Assembly: GCF_000179635.2 (NCBI RefSeq)
Contig: NC_014833.1
Span: 1,380,001-1,412,000, forward strand
Reading direction: 5' to 3'
Origin: Ruminococcus albus 7 = DSM 20455
GTDB taxonomy: Bacteria > Bacillota > Clostridia > Oscillospirales > Ruminococcaceae
DNA: 32,000 nt
Shown one piece after another: positions 1 to 7,686 of this stretch (positions are counted from its first letter, which is position 1; the number at the start of each line of letters is the position of its first letter). The notes under the pieces were generated by a model. It did not search any database. It was not told the DNA's origin and worked only from the letters and a program-made list of their open reading frames with translations. The translations under genes and the position numbers were made by a program.

Positions 1-390
1 TTTCAGACCCTCAACTGCCGCGTTCTTATCTACCTTGAATGGTATGACGTAATCAGGCTTCAGGGAACCGCGGAACTGACCTGTCATAACAACGGGATTA
101 TCACAATAGGGGCATTTTGTAGCGCCCAGTGTTTCATCAGCGATTATCTCACCGCCGCAGGACTGACAGGAATAGACACGCATATTGTCCGTTTCGCCCT
201 CCTGCCACTGGTTTGCTTCAGGGTTCCAGTCTGTTTCATCGTTGCCGTCAGTGCTGAGATCCTCGTCATATGCAAGCAGAGTATCCATATCGAATTCGGT
301 CTCACAGTAGGGGCATTTCATTTTCTGTACCTGAGAATTGAATTCGATAGCACCTGCACAGCAAGGACATTTATATTCTTGTACTGCCAT
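1..390 (-). CDS. Zinc-ribbon domain protein, N-terminal part only (gene runs off the left edge)
   Basis: Absent from the ORF track because it is edge-truncated. Reverse-complement reading from ATG (388-390), with GGAGAA RBS 5 nt upstream, gives MAVQEYKCPCCAGAIEFNSQVQKMKCPYCETEF...YSCQSCGGEIIADETLGATKCPYCDNPVVMTGQFRG... It has two CxxC...CPYC zinc-ribbon pairs and stays open to position 1. Confidence 0.75.
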   Translation of the reverse strand, partial: MAVQEYKCPCCAGAIEFNSQVQKMKCPYCETEFDMDTLLAYDEDLSTDGNDETDWNPEANQWQEGETDNMRVYSCQSCGGEIIADETLGATKCPYCDNPVVMTGQFRGSLKPDYVIPFKVDKNAAVEGLK

Positions 391-514
391 GTATATTCTC
401 CTAATCTATTCTGTATCAAGCGTCCGCATCTATACGGGCTCGCTATCTATACAAAATGATTGCAGAGATGCCTGCACCTCTGCAATCGAGTATTATCAGT
501 TATATATGTACTTA

Positions 515-1852
515 TCAGTTAGCATCGCTATCGTCGAAAACGTCGCCGCATTCGGGACAGAACTTGGGAGGATTGGAAGGATCAGCGGGAGTCCATCCGC
601 ACTTGTCGCACTTGAATACTTTAGCACCTGCAGGCTTGGGTGAGCCGCAGTTCTGGCAGAATTTACCCTGATTTACAGTGCCGCAAGAGCAGGTCCAGCC
701 ATCAGCTGATGCGGGTTCGGGCTTGTGTGCGCCACAGTTCTGGCAGAACTTTCCTGTATTTGATGTACCGCAGGAGCAAGTCCAGCTGTCAGCTGAAGAA
801 GCTGCTGCCTGCTGCTGACCCATAGCGAAAAGCTGCTGAGCGTTCATGCCGCCTGCCTGCTGAGCCATATTAACGCCCATGAAGCCTGTCATAGCGCCTG
901 CTGCGTTGCTGCCTGCAGCACGCATAGCATCGCCCTGAGCTGCAACAAGTCCGCCTGCTGCCATAGTAGGATCTGCGTACATACTCATACGTCTGCCTTC
1001 CATAAAGAGCTTCTGGCTTTCCTGCTGAGCCTGCTTGATCATCTCCTGATCTTCCTTGGGGAGGTTGAGTGCCTTGATAGCAACTTCAATTACCTCGATA
1101 CCCATATTCTTGCCCCATGTATCAGCAAGTGCAGTATTTACGGCATTCTTCAGTTCTGCCTTTTTGCCTGGGATCTGGTTGGGTCTGATCTCCATATCGG
1201 AAAGTGTGGAAAATGCGGGAGTCAGTGCATCTATGAATTCAGCTTTCATTCTGGATGCGATAGTTTCTTTCCTGTACTCGCTTGCCTGATTGCCGCAGAT
1301 GTTTGTATAGAACAGCAGAGGATCAACGATCTGGAATGTGTACAGACCGCTGCACTTGATAGATACGTCAACGTCAAGACCGATCTTGGAGTCAACTACT
1401 CTGAAAGGTACTACCTCGGGTGTGCCGAAGAGGTTGTTGGAGATCTGCTTGGTGTTGAAGTAGTATACTCTCTGGTCCTTTCCTGGATCGCCGCCGTAGG
1501 TTATACGCTGACCGATCTGCTTGAAGGTATCCTTGATCTTCTGACCAAGCTTGCCGTCAGCAAACAGTGAAGGTGTGCCCAGTTCAAATGTATATCTGCC
1601 GGGACGGTTGCAGACTTCAATGATAGCGCCGTCTTCAACGATTATCATTGTCTGTCCGTCAGCTACTGCTATACCAGAACCTGCGGTGATGATATTATCA
1701 CTGCCCTTTTTATTCTGTCCTCTGTTTGTAATGACTTTCTGTCCCTTTACCATAAGTACTTCATCGGGAAGTGCCTCACAGTAAAAATATTCCTTCCACT
1801 GATCTGCCATTGTGCCGGCTGCTGCGCCGATGGCTGCCATAATAAGTCCCAT
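515..1852 (-). CDS. SPFH/band-7 family protein (YdjI / 'virion core protein'-like) with a C-terminal triple zinc-ribbon tail
   Basis: 445-aa ORF. AAGGAGGG RBS sits 7 nt before the ATG at 1852. The N-terminal and central region matches my memory of the YdjI/COG4260 SPFH family. The C-terminus has WTCSCGTSNTGKFCQNCG, WTCSCGTVNQGKFCQNCG and FKCDKCGW...KFCPECG knuckles. Confidence 0.8.
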   Translation of the reverse strand: MGLIMAAIGAAAGTMADQWKEYFYCEALPDEVLMVKGQKVITNRGQNKKGSDNIITAGSGIAVADGQTMIIVEDGAIIEVCNRPGRYTFELGTPSLFADGKLGQKIKDTFKQIGQRITYGGDPGKDQRVYYFNTKQISNNLFGTPEVVPFRVVDSKIGLDVDVSIKCSGLYTFQIVDPLLFYTNICGNQASEYRKETIASRMKAEFIDALTPAFSTLSDMEIRPNQIPGKKAELKNAVNTALADTWGKNMGIEVIEVAIKALNLPKEDQEMIKQAQQESQKLFMEGRRMSMYADPTMAAGGLVAAQGDAMRAAGSNAAGAMTGFMGVNMAQQAGGMNAQQLFAMGQQQAAASSADSWTCSCGTSNTGKFCQNCGAHKPEPASADGWTCSCGTVNQGKFCQNCGSPKPAGAKVFKCDKCGWTPADPSNPPKFCPECGDVFDDSDAN

Positions 1853-1915
1853 AGTTAGACCCTCCTTAAAAATTGTTCATTATTCAATATATAATACCTT
1901 ATTTTATGGTACGTT

Positions 1916-2194
1916 TTACCTTTTTGTATCTCTCGGCTTATAGCCGTTCTGTGAATACGGATTCTTGTTTTCCTTAGGCTTTTCGGGAATATCGGGCTGA
2001 GATGCGACCCAGTGAAAAAACAGGGTTTTCGCTGCTATGCCGATGAGCCAGCAGCCAAGCACTGTCCAGAAGCACCATATCGGAAGACCAAGCTTGAAGT
2101 GAAGCACCAGCAGCACAGCAGCTATCAGACCTCCCCATATATTCAGCAGGAGGTTAAGTGCGTATGAGCCGAGAAAGCTCATGATCCTGTTCAT
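1916..2194 (-). CDS. Small two-TM membrane protein, hypothetical
   Basis: The track ORF is 1916..2254. The internal ATG at 2194 (MNRIMSFLGSYALNLL...) has a GGAGTG RBS upstream. There are two hydrophobic helices and a basic C-tail. It lies directly upstream of, and co-oriented with, the SPFH gene. Confidence 0.55.
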   Translation of the reverse strand: MNRIMSFLGSYALNLLLNIWGGLIAAVLLVLHFKLGLPIWCFWTVLGCWLIGIAAKTLFFHWVASQPDIPEKPKENKNPYSQNGYKPRDTKR

Positions 2195-2345
2195 ATCATC
2201 ACTCCGTTCACAAAAAATACATTTCGGGGAACGAAAAGATACAAAGTTCCTCAAATATTATAGCATATAATTTCACTGATTGCAATACCTTTATATAAAT
2301 TATTTTAGGCATATTGCCGGTATATTAATGCAAAGTGAGGGAATA

Positions 2346-4691
2346 TCATGGCTCAAGCAGCACCTTGTTTCCGCTGCCGTCGACCACAACTATGTTTTTA
2401 AGACTGCCGCGTCCGAAGTTGCCTGTTGTACGGCAGCTAGCAGTAACAGTGCGCTCACCGTAGGGCATTATTATGATATCGGTTGCCTCGATAAGATTGC
2501 CCTTGGCATTTTCAGAACCGTTGTAGTATATGTAAAGATCGGGCCAGAGAAAATCTGATCCGGTATTTGTTATGGTCAGCTCTACCGTCAGCTTATTGCC
2601 TTTTATCTCAGCTGAATCTACTGTTACCTCCAGCTCATCCATGTATCCGGTATCACTCCAGCCGTTTATATTGCCATCACCGAGCATGGGGTCAGTGGAG
2701 GATATATAGTAGGAATTTACATAGCCGTAGGTGTTGTTATATACTGTGTAATACCATGCCGAGCTGCCTGTATACCATATCTGTATAGGTGTGCAGTCGG
2801 GGATGGAGGCGAGCTGCTTTGACGAGGAGGATTTTTCCTCGCGCAGTGCAAGTGAACCACCGTCGGTATCAACATACATAGTACCCTTGGAGGTATAATT
2901 GAGTGCGGTGCCTTCGGTCGTGCCGCATACCGAACAGGTCTTTGGCTTGGTGAGGGTTGCTTCTGTCCAGGTGTGACCTTTAGCCTTGCCCCGTGTTTCA
3001 CCGCAGTTTTCACAGGTCTCGGGTTCGGTGCAGGTAGCATTTTTCCACTTATGACCTATGGGTTTGCCCTCGGTCTTTTTACACCTTTCACAGGTCATTG
3101 GTGTGGTGCAGGTAGCTTCCTTCCACTTGTGTCCCAGTTCTTCCTGTCCTATAAGTCCGCAGACCTCGCAGTACTGCGGCATTTCGCACTCGGCATCCTT
3201 CCACTTGTGACCAATCGCGTCACCTTCGGTCTTTCCGCAGACAGTACAGGTCTTGGGATGATCGCAGTCTGCCTGCTTCCATACATGGTCAAGCTTGCTG
3301 CCTTCTTCCTTGCCGCATACTCTGCAGCGCCTTGGATGAGTGCAGGTAGCTTCTTCAAAATCGTGGGAAGCCAGTTTTCCGCGTTTCTTGCCGCAGCGCA
3401 GGCAGGTCTCCTGAGTTGTGCAGGTAGCAGGCTGCCAGTGATGTATGCATATCACCTTTGATAAAAAAAGTGAGCCTATGCAAAGAATACAGCAAAGCGT
3501 AAGTCCTATGACTAGTGCTTTTCTCTTGGTGGCCTTTGAAAGGTGTGCAGGTTCTTTCGCTTTTGGTGCGGCTTTTGCAGGAAGCTGTTTTTTTCTGCGT
3601 TCGGGTCTTGCCGGTGCAGGACGCACTATCAGTTCCTCTTCTTCCTCATCGCCGGGACGCATGAAGATACTGTCGGTTATATCAATATCGTTAACGGATC
3701 GCTCATCGTTTACCTGTGAAGTATCATCCGCTGTACATTCTGTATCGGATGTATTTATTATCTGAGGGCTGCTCACACATTTACCGAGTGCCGCCAGAAA
3801 TTTTTCAGCATCCTGTATGCGGTCGGCAGGGTCAAAGGCACAGCAATCCATTACCAGCTGTTTCAGCGCTTCGCTGCCGTTTACGGGTGCTGGAAAATTC
3901 TTTCCGCTTAGTCTTGCGAATATAGCCGCATCAACAGCGTTGCGGTTGTCACCTGCGTTGACCAGCGGCAGACGATCCTCGTTCAGCAGATAATAAAGCG
4001 TTATTCCGAGGGAGTATATATCCGCGGAAGTGCCGTAATGCTGCTCACCGGGGGTGCGTGCGTTCCATACTTCGGGTGCCATGAAGGGCTGAGTACCTAC
4101 AAATGTAGCAAAACTACCAGCCCTGGTCTGCTTGGCTATGCCGAAATCACCAAGATAGAAATCACCTTTATCATCGACGTAGATATTATCGGGTTTTATA
4201 TCGCGGTGAAGCATATTTATCTCATGCATAGCGCATAGGGCTTCACCTATATGGAATGCCAGCTTTTCTATCTCAGCAGGCGGAAGATTGCCCTTGGTGT
4301 TTATGTATTCGGTGAGAGTTTTGTAATACTCCATTTGTATGAGCACATCAAAGCCTATAACATCTCCGTCATCCCCTATGATATCGCGGTAGGTGTGGTT
4401 GATGCAGTGTACCAGATGTGGTTTGTCACCGAGACGGTACATATTCTTTATTTCTTCTGCTACCTGTTTTTTGCGTTCAGACATTTCCTGCTCACGGCTC
4501 TCACGGGTGACAGAAACACTTCTGTCCAAAATAATGGGCAGTACCTTGACGGCACAGTATCTAACCTGACCGTAAAGTTCCTGTCTGAACTTATAAACCT
4601 TTCCCGAACCGCCGCTTCCCAGATAGGAATCCTTGTACCAGTTTTCCCAAAGCGGTTCATAGGAAGTAAGTCTTTCACCTATATCTTTCAC
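2346..4691 (-). CDS. Hanks-type Ser/Thr protein kinase, membrane-anchored, with extracellular Cys/His repeat array, an SH3b-like domain and a C-terminal beta-rich domain
   Basis: GTG start at 4691 with AAGGGGGTGA RBS. Kinase motifs: GSGGSGKVYKF (Gly loop), AVKV, HRDIKPDNIYV, DFGIA, APE. One TM helix (ALVIGLTLCCILCIGSLFL). Then 7 repeats of HxWxxATCTxPxTCxxCGxxxG, then an SH3b-like stretch (GTMYVDTDGGSLALREE...YGYVNSYYIS). Confidence 0.9.
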   Translation of the reverse strand: MKDIGERLTSYEPLWENWYKDSYLGSGGSGKVYKFRQELYGQVRYCAVKVLPIILDRSVSVTRESREQEMSERKKQVAEEIKNMYRLGDKPHLVHCINHTYRDIIGDDGDVIGFDVLIQMEYYKTLTEYINTKGNLPPAEIEKLAFHIGEALCAMHEINMLHRDIKPDNIYVDDKGDFYLGDFGIAKQTRAGSFATFVGTQPFMAPEVWNARTPGEQHYGTSADIYSLGITLYYLLNEDRLPLVNAGDNRNAVDAAIFARLSGKNFPAPVNGSEALKQLVMDCCAFDPADRIQDAEKFLAALGKCVSSPQIINTSDTECTADDTSQVNDERSVNDIDITDSIFMRPGDEEEEELIVRPAPARPERRKKQLPAKAAPKAKEPAHLSKATKRKALVIGLTLCCILCIGSLFLSKVICIHHWQPATCTTQETCLRCGKKRGKLASHDFEEATCTHPRRCRVCGKEEGSKLDHVWKQADCDHPKTCTVCGKTEGDAIGHKWKDAECEMPQYCEVCGLIGQEELGHKWKEATCTTPMTCERCKKTEGKPIGHKWKNATCTEPETCENCGETRGKAKGHTWTEATLTKPKTCSVCGTTEGTALNYTSKGTMYVDTDGGSLALREEKSSSSKQLASIPDCTPIQIWYTGSSAWYYTVYNNTYGYVNSYYISSTDPMLGDGNINGWSDTGYMDELEVTVDSAEIKGNKLTVELTITNTGSDFLWPDLYIYYNGSENAKGNLIEATDIIIMPYGERTVTASCRTTGNFGRGSLKNIVVVDGSGNKVLLEP
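2898..3443 (-). repeat. Seven tandem 78-bp (26-codon) coding repeats inside the kinase ectodomain
   Basis: The period is visible at DNA level: ccactt occurs at 3045, 3123 and 3201 (exact 78-bp spacing). At protein level the seven modules span aa 417-598. Confidence 0.85.
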
Positions 4692-4945
4692 GCGCTCACC
4701 CCCTTTTTGCTTGCTTTTCTCATTTCTCCCACATTATATCATAATCTCACTTTATTTTCAAGGCGAATGACTAACTTTCATTTTTCTTTCACCCGTTTAG
4801 CACATATCGCAACCTTAGATAGCACAGATGCGCCTCGCGGTGGACAAATGTTGCAAAATGAAAACAATAGCTACAAAACAGGTAACAGATAACGGCTGAT
4901 CGTATACAGCAGAAAGGTCATAAGGCTATAACTGCATATACAAGC

Positions 4946-4980
4946 TAAAAAACGAGGAGCTCCTTCAAGGAACTCCCCGA
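4946..4980 (-). terminator. Rho-independent terminator downstream of the GGDEF gene
   Basis: Imperfect 11-bp stem (4953-4963 pairs with 4969-4979, 2 mismatches), loop ttcaa. It is followed on the minus strand by a U6 tract (plus-strand A-run 4947-4952). Confidence 0.6.
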
Positions 4981-5010
4981 TATTTTAGCAAATTTTTTGA
5001 AATATCGCAT

Positions 5011-5478
5011 TTAATGGTGTTCAGCATGATATCTTTCCTTGTCGGCACGCATATTTTCATATGCGGTCTTCAATGCAAAGCGTATATCCGCGGCTGACTC
5101 GGTATAACATTCACCTGCCGCAAAGCTTATACTTTCAAGACTTTCCCTGACATCAGCTATGCACTTCATGTATCTGTCAAACTGCTCTTTTTTAAAGCCT
5201 TTGAACACCACGACAAATTCATCGCCGCCGAAGCGATAGTACTCACCCATGCATTCGGTGGCTTCCTGTATCGCCAAAGCCACTTTTCTGATCTGCACAT
5301 CGCTCATCAGATGACTGTGATAATCATGATATTTTTTCAGATCATTTATATCCGTAAACAGCACGCCTATCGGTACGCTTTTGAATTTTTCTTCACGTTC
5401 TGCCATATCGGCAAATTCTTCAAAAGCTTCCTTTTTTAAATAGCCTGTCTGTACATCATATTTATCGGATATAGTCAT
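5011..5478 (-). CDS. Stand-alone minimal GGDEF-domain protein (putative diguanylate cyclase, partly degenerate)
   Basis: 155 aa. GAGGTGA RBS. The GGDEF motif is intact (YYRFGGDEFVVVF). The upstream metal/base-binding segment reads FTDINDLKKYHDYHSHLMSD rather than the canonical D-I-D-x-F-K-x-x-N-D-x-x-G-H-x-x-G-D. Confidence 0.7.
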   Translation of the reverse strand: MTISDKYDVQTGYLKKEAFEEFADMAEREEKFKSVPIGVLFTDINDLKKYHDYHSHLMSDVQIRKVALAIQEATECMGEYYRFGGDEFVVVFKGFKKEQFDRYMKCIADVRESLESISFAAGECYTESAADIRFALKTAYENMRADKERYHAEHH

Positions 5479-5513
5479 GATATCACCTCATTTTCGTGAG
5501 TGGCTGCTTTATA

Positions 5514-6928
5514 TTATTTCAGCAGCTTTTCCAAAACGCCCAGTGAACCCAGCAGCAGCAGGAAAAGCAGTACAGGTTCAATAAATTTTACCATAACGAT
5601 GTACATACCCTTTCTGCCGAAACGCTCGCCGTTTTTGGTAGCTTCGTCGATGATGGCCTTAGGCTTTACTATCCAGCCTATGAGTATGCAGGTGCTGATA
5701 GCAACAACGGGCATCAGGATATTATTGGAGATATAATCGAATATATCGAGTATCGTACCAACACTTCCGTTTGGCAGTTTCAGTTCAAAGTAAAGCTTGT
5801 TGTAACCCAGACAGATAATTACGCCCAGTATCAGTGCAGCGGCTGTTTCGATAATAACAGCCTTTTTACGAGACCATCCGAACTTGTCCATCAGACCCGA
5901 AACAACGGCTTCAAGTATTGATATGGAACTTGTCAGCGCAGCGAACAGTACCATTATAAAGAATGCCGCGCCTATCCATGTGCCTGCAGGACCCATAGCT
6001 TCAAATACCTTAGGCAGTGCTACGAACATCAGTCCGGGACCTGCACTCTGCAATCCATCTTCGCCCAGAAAAGCAAATACAGCAGGGATTATCATAACGC
6101 CTGCAAGGAAAGCTACCAGTGTATCGAATATCTCGATGCGGTTGACTGACTTCATCAGGTTCTCATCGTCCTTGAAGTAGGAACCGTAAGTTACCATGAT
6201 ACCCATAGCCACGCTTATCGAATAGAACAGCTGCCCATAGCATCAAGCACCACGTTGAATATGTCCTTTGCGCCCATGCCGTCAATGTTTGGAACAATGA
6301 ATATCTTGAAACCGTCCAGACCTGTCCTGCCGTCATTGCCTTTGAGGGTCAGGGAGAAAATTGCTATACCTATTATCGCCAGCAGAAGCAGAGGCATAAG
6401 CACCTTGGATATAGCTTCGATACCCTTGTTAACGCCCAGTGCGATAACGATAGCTGTCGCACCAAGGAAAATAACGTCGAATATAATGGGCGAAACCGGT
6501 GCGGTGATGAACCCGCCGAAATAATCGTCAGACGCTGCAGCAGTGCCGTTGCCCGTTGCGAATACAGTGAAATACTTCAGAACCCAGCCGCCTATCAGGC
6601 AGTAGTAAGGAAGTATCATAAAAGGTACTATCTCCGCAAAAACGCCTATCCACTTTGACTTTTTGTGAAGTTCGCCGTAAGCTGTAAGACATCCCTGCTT
6701 GGTCTTTCTTCCCATTGCGACTTCGCTGACCAGCAGGGTGAAGCCGAAGGTCAGGGCGAGTATCAGGTATATGACCAGAAAGATACCGCCGCCGTTTTTA
6801 GCCGCCAGATATGGGAATCGCCAGATGTTTCCAAGTCCCACCGCCGAACCTGCCGCAGCAAGTACGAAACCGAGAGAACTGGAAAAGGAATTACGTTTGG
6901 TCAGGCTTTGTTTTTCTGAATTTGCCAT
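5514..6928 (-). pseudogene. NSS-family (neurotransmitter:sodium symporter, SNF/LeuT-like) transporter split by a -1 frameshift
   Basis: The N-terminal ORF 6215..6928 carries GLGNIWRFPYLAAKNGGG. The C-terminal ORF is 5514..6212. Reading through the junction in the other frame restores the conserved TM6 motif DAMG-QLFYSISVAMGIMVTYGSYF. One base appears to be missing in the short G-run (plus-strand ccc 6234-6236). Confidence 0.8.
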
Positions 6929-6982
6929 ATTCTTTCTCTCCTAAATCTTTTTGTTTATTATAAATACAGATTTATAAAATCA

Positions 6983-7011
6983 ATTATACCATATTATTCC
7001 GATGATTACAA
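6983..7011 (-). promoter_or_regulatory. Sigma-A-type promoter for the NSS transporter / GGDEF unit
   Basis: On the minus strand: TTGTAA (7006-7011), 17-nt spacer, TGgTATAAT (-10 at 6983-6988). It lies about 55 nt upstream of the ATG at 6928. Confidence 0.5.
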
Positions 7012-7257
7012 GACCTATGATTGACAAACGGTCATTTTTATATTAATTTTTGGTATATTTTCTCTGCATAGAACTGTCCTTGGCGGAAATACTATAGTAA
7101 ACGATATTATTTTCACAGCATCAACTGTTCACGGATCGGGATAACGTATCTGAGGACACTGAATGAAGCGATAAAGATCTCGTTTACTATATTTATGCCG
7201 TGAGATAGCGTTCTGCGTAAAGGGAACGATACGGTAAAAAGAAAGGAAAGATCACAA

Positions 7258-7644
7258 ATGAAGAAATATCTAGCAGTTACTATCTGTGCGCTGTCAGCTG
7301 CGGCTGCGGTAACAGCCTGTTCGGCAGGGGAGAGGAATGGATCGGAGTATAAGGCAGGAAAATATGAGGAGAGCTCTGCTGTGACTACAAGCCGTTCCGC
7401 AGTTGCTTCGGAGGCTGATACTCCTTCCTCAAAGCGCGAAGAAAGCTCATCAAAAAGAGAAGAATCCTCGTCACGCCGTGATACGGAAAGTTCTATGAGA
7501 GAAGATGAGTCAGGGCATGGTGATAAAGGGGATGTTATGAGCCGTGTGGGAGAGGGGATAGACGATATCCTTGACGGCGGCAACGAAGTCATTGATGATA
7601 CCATAGATACAGGCAAAGACGTGGTTGACGATATTTTTGAATGA
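7258..7644 (+). CDS. Ser/Glu-rich secreted lipoprotein, hypothetical
   Basis: Signal peptide plus lipobox (MKKYLAVTICALSAAAAVTA-C). The mature part is low-complexity and acidic (SSKREESSSKREESSSRRDTESS). The overlapping 193-aa minus-strand ORF is its shadow. Confidence 0.7.
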   Translation: MKKYLAVTICALSAAAAVTACSAGERNGSEYKAGKYEESSAVTTSRSAVASEADTPSSKREESSSKREESSSRRDTESSMREDESGHGDKGDVMSRVGEGIDDILDGGNEVIDDTIDTGKDVVDDIFE

Positions 7645-7647
7645 CAC

Positions 7648-7674
7648 AGAAAAAGGCGGGTCGATCCCCGCCTT
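7648..7674 (-). terminator. Terminator hairpin between the convergent lipoprotein and ABC-F genes
   Basis: aaggcggg (7653-7660) / cccgcctt (7667-7674), loop tcgatc. The U-tract is on the minus strand (plus-strand A-run 7650-7654), just after the ABC-F stop at 7687. Confidence 0.7.
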
Positions 7675-7686
7675 CTGCTATACATA

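Noticed and set aside
338-825. Plus-strand ORFs 338..643, 456..671 and 640..825
   Set aside because: They overlap the 3' end of the SPFH gene and the start of the edge-truncated zinc-ribbon gene on the opposite strand. They have no RBSs or motifs.
2973-3461. 162-aa plus-strand ORF (and others at 2567..2788, 3445..3765, 4251..4892) opposite the kinase gene
   Set aside because: They are antisense to a motif-rich kinase CDS. The 2973 ORF is periodic only because it mirrors the 78-bp coding repeats.
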